This document shows, piece after piece, positions 48,984 to 58,049 of a stretch of 64,000 nucleotides of DNA. The stretch covers positions 3,892-67,891 of the forward strand of contig JAZNGX010000176.1 of NCBI GenBank assembly GCA_045576675.1, read 5' to 3'. Positions within the stretch are counted from its first letter, which is position 1. Each line of letters starts with the position of its first letter. A program made the translations under genes and the position numbers. The notes under the pieces are model-generated. The model made no database searches. It saw nothing but the letters and a program-made list of their open reading frames with translations, and had not been told where the DNA came from. Origin of the DNA: Clostridia bacterium. Its GTDB lineage: Bacteria > Bacillota > Clostridia > Monoglobales > Firm-18.

Positions 48984-49928
48984 ATGAGAAGAGTAATTAG
49001 TGTAGTAATGTCAGTTGTATTGTTAAGCGTTATGCTTACAGCCTGCGGAGGAAAAAACAAAATTGGTGTAATTCAGTTTGCAGACCATCCCTCGCTTGAC
49101 AACTGCAGAGAAGGTTTTATCGAAGGGTTAAAAGAAAACGGCTTTATTGACGGAGAAAACATAACAATTGATTTTCAGTCAGGGCAGGGTGATATGAACG
49201 TCACAACGCAGATTGCACAAACTTTTGCGACAACCGGTACAAAGCTTGTTTGCGGCATTGCAACACCTGCGGCACAGGCGGCATACGCAGCGTGCTATGA
49301 TAAAAATATCCCCGTAATTTTTAATGCAGTATCTGACCCTGTTGCTGCAAAGCTTTCAAAATCAAAGACAGAAACAATGCCCGGTATCACAGGAATAAGT
49401 GACGAGCTACCTGTTCAGGCGCAGCTTGAGCTTATCAGAAAAATACTTCCCGATGCAAAGAAAATCGGAATATTGTATACAACCAGTGAAGCAAACTCTG
49501 TAAGCACACTTGAAACATACAAGCAGCTTGCACCAATGCTCGGCTTTGAAATAATCGAAAAAGGAATTGGCAAGCAAGCGGAAGTTGCACAAGCTGCAGA
49601 CATTTTGCTGAATCAGGTTGACTGCATATCAAATATGACTGACAATACAGTGGTATCAGCACTGGCAGTTATTCTTGAAAAAGCAAATGCAAAAGGTATA
49701 CCTGTTTTCGGCTCTGAAGAAGAACAGGTTAAAAACGGCTGTATTGCATCTGCAGGACTTGACTATGTAGAGCTTGGCAAGGCGGCAGGTGTTATGGCGG
49801 CAAAGGTTTTAAATGGCGAAAGCATTGATACAATCCCATACGAAACAATCCAGAACCCAATTATAACTGTAAACGAAGTTGCTGCACAAAAGCTTGGAAT
49901 AACAATTCCACAGGATGTACTTGAATAA
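48984..49928 (+). CDS. ABC transporter substrate-binding lipoprotein (ABC_sub_bind/PF04392-like)
   Basis: 314 aa. Lipobox LTACGG. IGVIQFADHPSLD..GFIEGL is typical of this uncharacterised SBP family. Confidence 0.8.
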   Translation: MRRVISVVMSVVLLSVMLTACGGKNKIGVIQFADHPSLDNCREGFIEGLKENGFIDGENITIDFQSGQGDMNVTTQIAQTFATTGTKLVCGIATPAAQAAYAACYDKNIPVIFNAVSDPVAAKLSKSKTETMPGITGISDELPVQAQLELIRKILPDAKKIGILYTTSEANSVSTLETYKQLAPMLGFEIIEKGIGKQAEVAQAADILLNQVDCISNMTDNTVVSALAVILEKANAKGIPVFGSEEEQVKNGCIASAGLDYVELGKAAGVMAAKVLNGESIDTIPYETIQNPIITVNEVAAQKLGITIPQDVLE

Positions 49929-49943
49929 TTCGGGAGGTAACAA

Positions 49944-50816
49944 ATGTTAAGCGTAATAACAGGCATACTTGAGCAGGGCTTTATATTCAGTATAATGGCA
50001 CTTGGTGTTTATATAACATATAAAATCCTTGACTTTCCCGACTTATCAGTAGACGGAACCTTTCCGCTCGGGGCGGCAGTATCAACAGCATTGATATTAA
50101 ATGGCATTAACCCATGGCTTGCACTTGTTACAGCAGCAATTGCAGGTGGACTTGCCGGCTGTCTTACAGGCTTTTTGAACGTAAAGCTTAAAATAAAAGA
50201 CCTGCTTTCAGGCATACTTACTATGACGGCGTTGTACTCTGTTAATTATCGCATAGCAGGTGCACCAAACATATTCTTAATGAACGAGCCGACTATATTC
50301 AATATAATTACTGTTCCGCAGGCAATAAAGCCTTATTTTCCGCTTGCACTTATTATTGTAATTGCATTTGCAGCAAAGCTTGCATTAGACTGGTATCTTA
50401 AAACAAAATCAGGCTTTCTTTTAAAAAGTGCCGGCAACAACACAGGGCTTGTTGTAACGTTGGGAGAAAACCCGGGTAAAATCAAAATAATAGGTCTTGC
50501 CATCGCAAACGGCCTTGCGGCACTTGCAGGAGCAGTAAACTGTCAGCGAATTATGCAATTTGATGTTTCATCAGGAACAGGTACAATTGTAATGGGGCTT
50601 GCAGCAGTTTTAATCGGCGTTAACGTGTTTGCTAAAATACGCAAATTCCGTGTAACAACAGCGGTAGTTATGGGTATGGTACTGTATAAAGCGTGTATTT
50701 CAGTTGCAATCAGTTCTGGACTTCGTGCTTCCGATATGAACCTTGTAATCACAGTGTTATTTGTTGTTACACTTGTTTCAAATGACTTTTTCAAAAGGAG
50801 AAAAACAGATGCTTAA
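49944..50816 (+). CDS. ABC transporter permease (BPD_transp_2-like)
   Basis: 290 aa polytopic protein: LEQGFIFSIMALGVYITYKILDFPDLSVDGTFPLGA. Confidence 0.8.
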   Translation: MLSVITGILEQGFIFSIMALGVYITYKILDFPDLSVDGTFPLGAAVSTALILNGINPWLALVTAAIAGGLAGCLTGFLNVKLKIKDLLSGILTMTALYSVNYRIAGAPNIFLMNEPTIFNIITVPQAIKPYFPLALIIVIAFAAKLALDWYLKTKSGFLLKSAGNNTGLVVTLGENPGKIKIIGLAIANGLAALAGAVNCQRIMQFDVSSGTGTIVMGLAAVLIGVNVFAKIRKFRVTTAVVMGMVLYKACISVAISSGLRASDMNLVITVLFVVTLVSNDFFKRRKTDA

Positions 50817-51582
50817 GCTTGAAAACATAAACAAAACCTTTAATATTGCAACTCCAAACGAAAAAGTGTTGTTCACAGATTTTAATATTGATATTAAAAA
50901 AGGTGAGTTTGTCGGCGTAGTCGGAAGCAATGGTTCGGGAAAAACAACAATGCTTAATATCATTTCAGGTGATGTTATGCCGGATAGCGGTCACATTTAT
51001 CTTGAAGGCAACGATATTTCAACTCTGCCGAACTACAAACGTGCAAAAAGGATTGCCAGAGTTTTTCAAAACCCATCTATGGGAACCTGTTCATCAATGA
51101 CAATATTTGAAAACCTTTCACTTGCAGACAACAAACTAAAAAGCTATAACCTCACAAAAGGACTGAATATAAAGGAAAAGGAAAGATACCAAAGTCTTTT
51201 AGAGCAGCTTGGTATGGGACTTGAGGACAGACTTGACGATGTTGTGGGACTGCTTTCAGGCGGTCAGCGTCAGGCAATTTCAGTGATAATGGCAACTATG
51301 TCTGAGCCTGAGCTGCTTTTGCTTGATGAGCACACCGCAGCACTTGACCCCAAATCCTCGGACACTGTTATGGAGCTTACTCAAAAAATAGTGAGCAGGC
51401 AAAATATAACAACACTTATGGTAACACACAACCTTCGTCACGCAGTAAGCTACGGAACAAGAACAGTTATGATGCACGAAGGGAAAATAATTCTTGATGT
51501 ATCGGGCGAGGAAAAGAAATCAAAAACAACAGATGATTATCTCAAAATATTTAACGAAATAAGCGTTGAATGCGGAAATTGA
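50809..51582 (+). CDS. ABC transporter ATP-binding protein
   Basis: Start moved to ATG 50809. Walker A GSNGSGKTT, signature LSGGQRQ, Walker B LLLLDEHTAALD. Confidence 0.9.
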   Translation: MLKLENINKTFNIATPNEKVLFTDFNIDIKKGEFVGVVGSNGSGKTTMLNIISGDVMPDSGHIYLEGNDISTLPNYKRAKRIARVFQNPSMGTCSSMTIFENLSLADNKLKSYNLTKGLNIKEKERYQSLLEQLGMGLEDRLDDVVGLLSGGQRQAISVIMATMSEPELLLLDEHTAALDPKSSDTVMELTQKIVSRQNITTLMVTHNLRHAVSYGTRTVMMHEGKIILDVSGEEKKSKTTDDYLKIFNEISVECGN

Positions 51583-51618
51583 AATATGCCGGAATGGTGG
51601 TATCCATTCCGGCATATT
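51583..51618. terminator. Bidirectional terminator hairpin
   Basis: aatatgccggaatgg-tggtat-ccattccggcatatt: 15-bp stem between convergent genes. Confidence 0.7.
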
Positions 51619-51619
51619 A

Positions 51620-52024
51620 TTATATAATAATGATCTTTTTATTCTTTTTTCGGGCATATCCAAGCAAATTGTTTTCTTCAATATTGTCACATGGCAAATA
51701 TATGCATACGTCGCAGACATCAACAACATATCTGTTGCGATAAAATATTTGTGTTTCAACATTCCCATGAACGTTAAAATAACATACAAAATCATAGTAA
51801 TTTTCTATAATCGAACCCGCTTTATCCATATTATGATGAACATATATTAACTTACAATTTGTTTTTCTTACTTCATCCTCGCACATGTATTCAAAATATC
51901 CACCTGACCTGCTGTAAAACTCCTTAACACCTCTTTGTATAAGTGTTTCGATTACATTTTCAATTTTTTTATACTCTTTTTTACTGCCAAAACTATCTTT
52001 ATAGCCAATAAAACAGCATCTCAT
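51620..52024 (-). CDS. Hypothetical protein, possibly SLOG/DUF1273 (YpsA-like) fold
   Basis: 134 aa. N-terminal MRCCFIGYKD.. and overall beta-alpha alternation recall YpsA/DUF1273. Weak, by-eye assignment only. Confidence 0.35.
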   Translation of the reverse strand: MRCCFIGYKDSFGSKKEYKKIENVIETLIQRGVKEFYSRSGGYFEYMCEDEVRKTNCKLIYVHHNMDKAGSIIENYYDFVCYFNVHGNVETQIFYRNRYVVDVCDVCIYLPCDNIEENNLLGYARKKNKKIIII

Positions 52025-52136
52025 AAAACCACCTCAAAACATTATATCACGAAATCAATATATAATGCAATAGTCTATATCTTTTTATGACATATATATT
52101 AGTATGACATTATAACATTAATATAGAGGTGCAAAT

Positions 52137-52337
52137 ATGGTAAAGCTAAGAGCATTACAGCTACTTGAAGCAAAAGGTAAAACAAAATATTGGTTATATA
52201 AACAGTTGGGTATGAGCTATCAGAATTTTAATAAGATGATAAACAACGAAACAAAATCAATTCAGTATGAAAATATCGATGCAATGTGTCAAATATTTGA
52301 ATGTACACCAAACGATTTATTTGAATTTGTTGAATAG
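52137..52337 (+). CDS. Small XRE/Cro-type HTH protein
   Basis: 66 aa: KTKYWLYKQLGMSYQNFNKMINNETKSIQYENIDAMCQIFECTPNDLFEF. Confidence 0.7.
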   Translation: MVKLRALQLLEAKGKTKYWLYKQLGMSYQNFNKMINNETKSIQYENIDAMCQIFECTPNDLFEFVE

Positions 52338-52360
52338 AACAAGAGGTGTATTATAATATT

Positions 52361-52567
52361 ATGATTAAGATAATTCTTGAAGAAACGCTGTCAAAAATGA
52401 ATATTACAAGATATGAGTTGTCAAAACGCACAGGCATACAATATCAGATTATTGATAATTATTATAAAAATAAAGTAAAAAGATATGACAGCTATGTTTT
52501 GGAAAGGATTTGCGAAGCACTGAATTGCGATGTTTGTGATATAATAAAATATTATGCCAATATTTAA
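52361..52567 (+). CDS. Small XRE/Cro-type HTH protein (tandem paralogue)
   Basis: Start set to ATG 52361, which then aligns with the upstream paralogue (MIKIILEETLSKMNITRYELSKRTG vs MVKLRALQLLEAKGKTKYWLYKQLG). Ends CDVCDIIKY. Confidence 0.6.
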   Translation: MIKIILEETLSKMNITRYELSKRTGIQYQIIDNYYKNKVKRYDSYVLERICEALNCDVCDIIKYYANI

Positions 52568-52640
52568 GTCAGAAAACTGCGTGACAGAAATGATACTTAC
52601 ATTTGTTGCACTGCTTATTAACACATTATAATAGTCGAAG

Positions 52641-52663
52641 CCCCAAGCCGAGAAGGCTTGGGG
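52641..52663. terminator. GC-rich hairpin between convergent XRE gene and sigG
   Basis: ccccaagcc-gaga-ggcttgggg: 9-bp GC-rich stem, weak U-tracts on both strands. Confidence 0.45.
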
Positions 52664-52669
52664 TATAAT

Positions 52670-53440
52670 TTACAAATATTTTCTCATATGATTTAATGCA
52701 CTTTTTTCAAGCCTTGAAACCTGTGCCTGCGAAATGGAAATTTCGTCTGCAACCTCCATCTGCGTTTTGCACTGGAAAAATCTCATATTTATTATCATTT
52801 TTTCTCTGTCATTAAGATGCTTCATTGCCTCTTTGAGCGAAATATGCTCAAGCCAGCTATCATCCTGATTTTTTTCGTCGCAAACCTGATCCATAACAAA
52901 AAGAGCATCTCCTCCATCGTGGAAAATCGGCTCGTAAAGGGAAATGGGGTCTTGTATAGCATCAAGTGCCATTACAACATCCTCCTTTGGCATATCAAGC
53001 TCCTTTGCAATTTCAACAATTGTCGGCTCTCTGCCATTGGTGTTTGCAAGCTTTTCTTTTACAGACAACGCCTTGTACGCTGTGTCACGCAGCGAACGGC
53101 TAACCCTTATCGCATTATTGTCACGCAGATAACGCCTGATTTCACCTATAATCATCGGAACTGCATATGTCGAAAATTGAACATTAAGGGTTGTATCAAA
53201 ATTATCTATAGCCTTAATAAGTCCTATGCAGCCAATCTGGAACAAATCATCTGCATTTTCACCTCTGTTATTAAAACGTCTTATTACACTTAAAACAAGC
53301 TTTAAATTACCGTTAATAAACTCCTCACGTGCTGCCTTGTCACCATTTTTTATTCTTTCAAAAAGCTCTGCTTTTCTTTCTCGTGAAAGTGTTGGCAGCT
53401 TGGATGTGTTAACTCCGCATATTTCAACCTTGTTATTAAT
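52670..53440 (-). CDS. sigG: Sporulation sigma factor SigG (forespore late), non-canonical start
   Basis: The track ORF (191 aa, TTG 53245) is truncated. The same frame stays open upstream and encodes NNKVEICGVNTSKLPTLSRERKAELFERIKNGDKAAREEFINGNLKLVLSVIRRFNNRGENADDLFQIGCIGL, matching the SigG N-terminus. There is no in-frame ATG/GTG/TTG. ATT at 53440-53438 follows GGGAGGGG. Confidence 0.8.
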   Translation of the reverse strand: MNNKVEICGVNTSKLPTLSRERKAELFERIKNGDKAAREEFINGNLKLVLSVIRRFNNRGENADDLFQIGCIGLIKAIDNFDTTLNVQFSTYAVPMIIGEIRRYLRDNNAIRVSRSLRDTAYKALSVKEKLANTNGREPTIVEIAKELDMPKEDVVMALDAIQDPISLYEPIFHDGGDALFVMDQVCDEKNQDDSWLEHISLKEAMKHLNDREKMIINMRFFQCKTQMEVADEISISQAQVSRLEKSALNHMRKYL

Positions 53441-54119
53441 TTTGTTCCCCTCCCTGTTCTATTAATTCATAAAGCTTACAAAGAGCATCACTAAGACCGC
53501 CCACGCTGTCTATAATACCGTGAGATACTGCCTCCTCCCCAAAAATAATTGTGCCTACGTCGTTTGCAATGTTATCAGTTTCAAGCATAAGTCGCAAAAC
53601 CTCGTCCTTGCTCGTGTTGGAATTTCTTGCAATAAAAGACACCACTCTGTCCTGAACCTTTTGAAAATAATTGTAAGTCTGGCTTGAGCCTATTATAGTA
53701 CCTGTCATTCTTATGGGATGAATAGTCATTGTTGCACTTGGCACAATATACGAATACTTTGAAGCAACAGCAAGAGGAACACCAATGCTGTGACCTCCCC
53801 CAAGAACAAGTGACACTGTTGGCTTCGACATAGTCGAAATCATTTCTGCAATAGCAAGACCTGCTTCAACATCACCTCCCATTGTATTAAGTAATATCAG
53901 CAGACCTTCAATTTCACTGTTTTCTTCGATAGAAGCAAGAGTTGGAATTACGTTTTCGTATTTCGTAGTTTTACTTTGAGGCGGCAGTAGCATATGCCCC
54001 TCAATCTGTCCTATTATTGTAAGGCAATGAATTTTGTGTGGTGCGTTTACTATCTCGGTTGAAATATCGGCAGGGCCGTTATTGCTTTCGTTATTATTGT
54101 TGTTTTTTTCTTCGCTCAA
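53436..54119 (-). CDS. tepA: TepA-like ClpP-fold serine protease (translocation-enhancing protein family)
   Basis: 227 aa: IHCLTIIGQIEGH..PPQSKTTKYENVIP..EGLLILLNTMGGDVEAGLAIAEMI..KPTVSLVLGGGHSIGVPLAV closely parallels B. subtilis TepA as I recall it. Confidence 0.7.
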   Translation of the reverse strand: MSEEKNNNNNESNNGPADISTEIVNAPHKIHCLTIIGQIEGHMLLPPQSKTTKYENVIPTLASIEENSEIEGLLILLNTMGGDVEAGLAIAEMISTMSKPTVSLVLGGGHSIGVPLAVASKYSYIVPSATMTIHPIRMTGTIIGSSQTYNYFQKVQDRVVSFIARNSNTSKDEVLRLMLETDNIANDVGTIIFGEEAVSHGIIDSVGGLSDALCKLYELIEQGGEQN

Positions 54120-54253
54120 ATTTAATCACCCTCCGATACTATTATTGACAAATTAAAGCTATAAATACAAATTTTGATATAAAAGTTATTGCATTTGGTT
54201 ATATTTTGCTATATAATTAAATTTGTATTATTGTGTTATAAGGAGATGAATAT

Positions 54254-54541
54254 ATGAAAATATCTAAAGAAGATGTTTTATATGTTGCAAACCTTGCCCG
54301 CCTTAATGTAAATGATGATGAAGCGGACAAGCTTGCAGAAGAAATGGCAGACATCATCAACTTTGCCGATATGCTTTCTGAGGTTGATACTAAAGACGTT
54401 GAGCCGACAAATCACGCAATGAAGCTTGAAAATGTGTTCCGTGAGGACGTTGTTACAGGCTCATATGACAGAGAGCTTATATTAAGAAACGCTCCCAGCA
54501 AAGAGGCAGGCTGTTACAGTGTGCCTAAGGTTGTGGAATAA
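54254..54541 (+). CDS. gatC: Asp/Glu-tRNA amidotransferase subunit C
   Basis: 95 aa: ISKEDVLYVANLARLNVNDDE..VDTKDVEPT. Confidence 0.95.
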   Translation: MKISKEDVLYVANLARLNVNDDEADKLAEEMADIINFADMLSEVDTKDVEPTNHAMKLENVFREDVVTGSYDRELILRNAPSKEAGCYSVPKVVE

Positions 54542-54553
54542 GGAGGACAAAAA

Positions 54554-56014
54554 ATGGATTTGTATAAACTGACTGCCCATAAGCTTTCGGATATGCTTAA
54601 AAACAAAGAAGTCAGCAGCACGGAAATTACAAAATCTGTAATTGACCGCATAAATGCTGTTGAAGATAAGGTTAAAAGCTATATAACATTAACTGCCGAA
54701 AGTGCATTGGAAACCGCAGCAATTGTAGATAAAAAAATAGCAAACGGCGAAGAGCTTGCTCCGCTTGAGGGTATTCCCGCAGGTATTAAGGACAACATCT
54801 GCACAAAGGATGTTAAAACAACCTGTGCATCAAAAATGCTTGAAAACTTCGTTCCGCCGTATGATGCTTTTGTTTCACAAAAGCTAAAAGCAATCAATGC
54901 TCCTGTTTTGGGTAAGCTTAATATGGACGAGTTCGCTATGGGTTCTTCAACAGAAAACTCATATTTCCAAAAGACTGCCAACCCCTATGACTTAACCAAA
55001 GTTCCGGGCGGCTCATCGGGAGGAAGTGCCGCAACAGTAAGTGCTGACACAGCAATCTACGCATTAGGCTCAGACACGGGCGGTTCAATAAGACAGCCTG
55101 CATCGTTTTGCGGTGTTGTAGGCTTAAAGCCTACTTACGGACTTGTATCACGCTTTGGACTTGTTGCATTCGCATCATCACTTGACCAGATTGGACCAAT
55201 AACCAAAGACGTAACAGACAGCGCTTTAGTATTAAATGCAATCGCAGGGCACGACAATTTTGACAGCACCTCTGTTAATATGCCTGTTCCCGATTACACA
55301 AATTCGCTTATAAACGATGCAAAGGGCTTGAAAATCGGTGTTCCCGAGGATTATATGGGTGACGGAATAAACCCCGAGGTTAAAGCTGCACTGTTAAGCA
55401 CAATTGAAACCTACAAAGCATTGGGTGCAGAGGTTGAATACTTTAAAATGAGTGCATCAAAATATGCACTTCCTGCATACTATATTATTTCGTCAGCAGA
55501 GGCAAGCTCTAACCTTGCACGATATGACGGCATAAAATATGGCTACAGAACAGAAAACTTCACCGACCTTATGTCGCTTTATACAAAAACAAGAAGCGAA
55601 GGCTTCGGCAAAGAGGTTAAAAGAAGAATTATGCTTGGAACATATGCATTAAGCTCAGGCTATTATGATGCATATTACAAAAAAGCTCAGCAGGTAAGAA
55701 CAATCATCAGAAATGACTTTGAAAATGCATTTGAAAAGTATGACATTATTCTTACCCCAACAGCACCAACAACTGCTTTTACAATGGGCGAAAAGACAAC
55801 AGACCCACTGCAGATGTATCTTGAGGACATCTGCACAGTTTCAATCAACATCGCAAGCGTTCCTGCAATGTCACTCCCCTGTGGATTTGACAAGGGCGGA
55901 ATGCCGATAGGTATGCAGTTAATAGGCAAGGCGTTCGGTGAAGAAACAATCTTCAAGGCTGCATATACCTTTGAGCAGAACACAGATTTCCACAAGCAGC
56001 GTCCAAATTTGTAA
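54554..56014 (+). CDS. gatA: Asp/Glu-tRNA amidotransferase subunit A
   Basis: 486 aa. Amidase signature [26 protein letters not shown]. Confidence 0.97.
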   Translation: MDLYKLTAHKLSDMLKNKEVSSTEITKSVIDRINAVEDKVKSYITLTAESALETAAIVDKKIANGEELAPLEGIPAGIKDNICTKDVKTTCASKMLENFVPPYDAFVSQKLKAINAPVLGKLNMDEFAMGSSTENSYFQKTANPYDLTKVPGGSSGGSAATVSADTAIYALGSDTGGSIRQPASFCGVVGLKPTYGLVSRFGLVAFASSLDQIGPITKDVTDSALVLNAIAGHDNFDSTSVNMPVPDYTNSLINDAKGLKIGVPEDYMGDGINPEVKAALLSTIETYKALGAEVEYFKMSASKYALPAYYIISSAEASSNLARYDGIKYGYRTENFTDLMSLYTKTRSEGFGKEVKRRIMLGTYALSSGYYDAYYKKAQQVRTIIRNDFENAFEKYDIILTPTAPTTAFTMGEKTTDPLQMYLEDICTVSINIASVPAMSLPCGFDKGGMPIGMQLIGKAFGEETIFKAAYTFEQNTDFHKQRPNL

Positions 56015-56029
56015 GAGAGGTGAAAGCAG

Positions 56030-57457
56030 ATGAATTACGAAACAGTCATTGGTTTAGAGGTTCATGCAGAGCTTAAAACCAAAACAAAAATATATTGCGG
56101 CTGCCCTAACGAGTTCGGCGGCGAAACAAACACACACTGCTGTCCGATATGCACAGGTATGCCGGGCGTACTGCCTGTTCTTAACAAAACTGTTGTGGAC
56201 TACGGTATAAAAGCCGGTCTTGCAACACATTGCGAAATTACACGTGTTGGTAAGCAGGACAGAAAGAATTATTTTTACCCTGACCTTCCAAAGGCTTATC
56301 AGACATCACAGTTTGATTTACCATTGTGCAGAAACGGATATGTTGACATAGTTGTTGATGGCATCAAAAAAAGAATAGGTATTACAAGAATTCATATTGA
56401 AGAGGATGCGGGAAAGCTTATTCACGAAGCAAACGGCACTTTGGTTGACTACAACCGTTGCGGCGTTCCTCTTATTGAAATTGTATCAGAGCCTGATATG
56501 AGAAGTGAGGAAGATGCAAAGGCGTTTTTGGAAACACTAAAGGCAATTCTTGAATACACTGAGGTGTCAGACTGCAAAATGCAAGAAGGCTCATTAAGAT
56601 GTGATGTTAACGTTTCAGTCCGCCCTGTAGGTCAGAAGGAATTTGGAACACGAACAGAAATGAAAAACGTAAACTCATTTCGTGCGGCATACAGAGCAAT
56701 TCAGTATGAAGTAAAACGCCAAATAGCAGAGCTTGAAGCAGGACGTGAAATTGTTCAGGAAACAAGACGCTGGAGTGACGAGACAGGCGAAACTGTGTCA
56801 ATGAGAAGCAAAGAAGAGGCTCACGATTACAGATACTTTCCCGAGCCTGACCTTGTTTCAATCGTTGTTGATGACGAATGGGTCAACAGCATCAAGGCAG
56901 AAATGCCAGAGCTTCCAAACGACAGACGTGAAAAGTACACAACTCAGTACGGCTTGTCTGAATACGATGCAGAGCAGATTACATTAAGCAAAGCGTTGTC
57001 AGACTATTTCCAGAAATGCGTTGACCTCGGTGCTACACCAAAAGCAGCAAGCAACTGGATTTTGAGTGATATTTCAAGATTGCTTAACGAAAAAGGTCTT
57101 GATGCATCACAGATGCCAATTTTGCCTGAAAACATTGTAAAAATGATTGCATTGATTGACAAAGGAACAATCAGCAACACAGCCGGCAAAAAGGTAATTG
57201 AAGAATTGTTTGAAAACGACCGTGACCCTGAAGAAATCGTAAAAGATTTAGGTCTTGTTCAGATTAGCGACGAAGGCGAGCTTGCAAAAATCGTAAGTGA
57301 GATAATTGACGCCAACCCGCAGTCTGTTGCCGACTTTAAAGCAGGCAAAGACAAAGCAATCGGCTTTATTGTTGGTCAGACTATGAGAGCAACAAAGGGC
57401 AAGGGTAATCCACAGGTTATCAACAAGCTTATAAGAGAAGAATTCGAAAGAAGATAA
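56030..57457 (+). CDS. gatB: Asp/Glu-tRNA amidotransferase subunit B
   Basis: 475 aa: YETVIGLEVHAELKTKTKI.C.C..FG..NTH.CP.C.G.PG.LP. Confidence 0.97.
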   Translation: MNYETVIGLEVHAELKTKTKIYCGCPNEFGGETNTHCCPICTGMPGVLPVLNKTVVDYGIKAGLATHCEITRVGKQDRKNYFYPDLPKAYQTSQFDLPLCRNGYVDIVVDGIKKRIGITRIHIEEDAGKLIHEANGTLVDYNRCGVPLIEIVSEPDMRSEEDAKAFLETLKAILEYTEVSDCKMQEGSLRCDVNVSVRPVGQKEFGTRTEMKNVNSFRAAYRAIQYEVKRQIAELEAGREIVQETRRWSDETGETVSMRSKEEAHDYRYFPEPDLVSIVVDDEWVNSIKAEMPELPNDRREKYTTQYGLSEYDAEQITLSKALSDYFQKCVDLGATPKAASNWILSDISRLLNEKGLDASQMPILPENIVKMIALIDKGTISNTAGKKVIEELFENDRDPEEIVKDLGLVQISDEGELAKIVSEIIDANPQSVADFKAGKDKAIGFIVGQTMRATKGKGNPQVINKLIREEFERR

Positions 57458-57463
57458 AATTTT

Positions 57464-57498
57464 AAAATCAGTATGTGAATTTACATACTGATTTTTTT
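57464..57498 (+). terminator. Rho-independent terminator after gatB
   Basis: atcagtatgt-gaattt-acatactgat followed by TTTTTTT. This also argues against the ATG 57475 start of the next track ORF. Confidence 0.8.
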
Positions 57499-57516
57499 AT
57501 CGGTTATATTAATTAT

Positions 57517-57843
57517 ATGAAAATAACTGCATATTTAATATTATCAACAGCCGGAATGGCATTAATAAAATACGGCGGTGGTATAAGCCTTGTATTGTCA
57601 AAAAACCTGTTCAAAATCGGTGTTGCACCACTATCACTGCTTGGCGTAATATGCTATATTTCAAGCTTTGTTATGTGGCTTAATATTCTTAAGCGTCAGG
57701 CTTTAAGCTATGTTTATCCATTAACATCCTCCATCGGCATCGTGCTTGCTGCTTTGCTTGGATTTTTTATGGGCGAAACTATCACAATCAGCAAAATCAC
57801 AGGTATAATTCTAATAGTAATCGGAGTGATAATTATGGGTTAA
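57517..57843 (+). CDS. Small 4-TM membrane protein (SMR/EamA-half-like)
   Basis: Start moved to ATG 57517 (MKITAYLILSTAGMALIKYGG), downstream of the gatB terminator. 108 aa, four hydrophobic helices. Confidence 0.5.
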   Translation: MKITAYLILSTAGMALIKYGGGISLVLSKNLFKIGVAPLSLLGVICYISSFVMWLNILKRQALSYVYPLTSSIGIVLAALLGFFMGETITISKITGIILIVIGVIIMG

Positions 57844-57906
57844 CATAATATTTGGCATTTTTTTAATTCAACAAAATTGTTAACAATTTTAGCCCTTATT
57901 TATAGG

Positions 57907-57936
57907 TTATCAACAGAGTTATCAACTTTATCAACA
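57907..57936 (+). repeat. Three direct TTATCAAC(A) repeats
   Basis: TTATCAACA at 57907, TTATCAAC at 57919, TTATCAACA at 57928, all in the convergent intergenic region. Each is one mismatch from the TTATNCACA DnaA-box consensus. Confidence 0.5.
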
Positions 57937-57992
57937 GGTAAATAACTCAAATCCGCCAAAAATTTATGTAAACCAAACTAATAAATTAAACA

Positions 57993-58035
57993 AAAAATCA
58001 GCATACAATTCACTAAGATTTGTATGCTGATTTTT
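57993..58035. terminator. Bidirectional rho-independent terminator
   Basis: aaaaatcagcataca-13 nt-tgtatgctgattttt. Confidence 0.7.
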
Positions 58036-58049
58036 ACATTTTTTAGATT

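Noticed and set aside
57907-57936. The TTATCAAC cluster as the chromosomal replication origin
   Set aside because: No dnaA, dnaN or rpmH nearby, no adjacent AT-rich unwinding element with DnaA-trios that I could see, and only three imperfect boxes. Kept only as a low-interest repeat.
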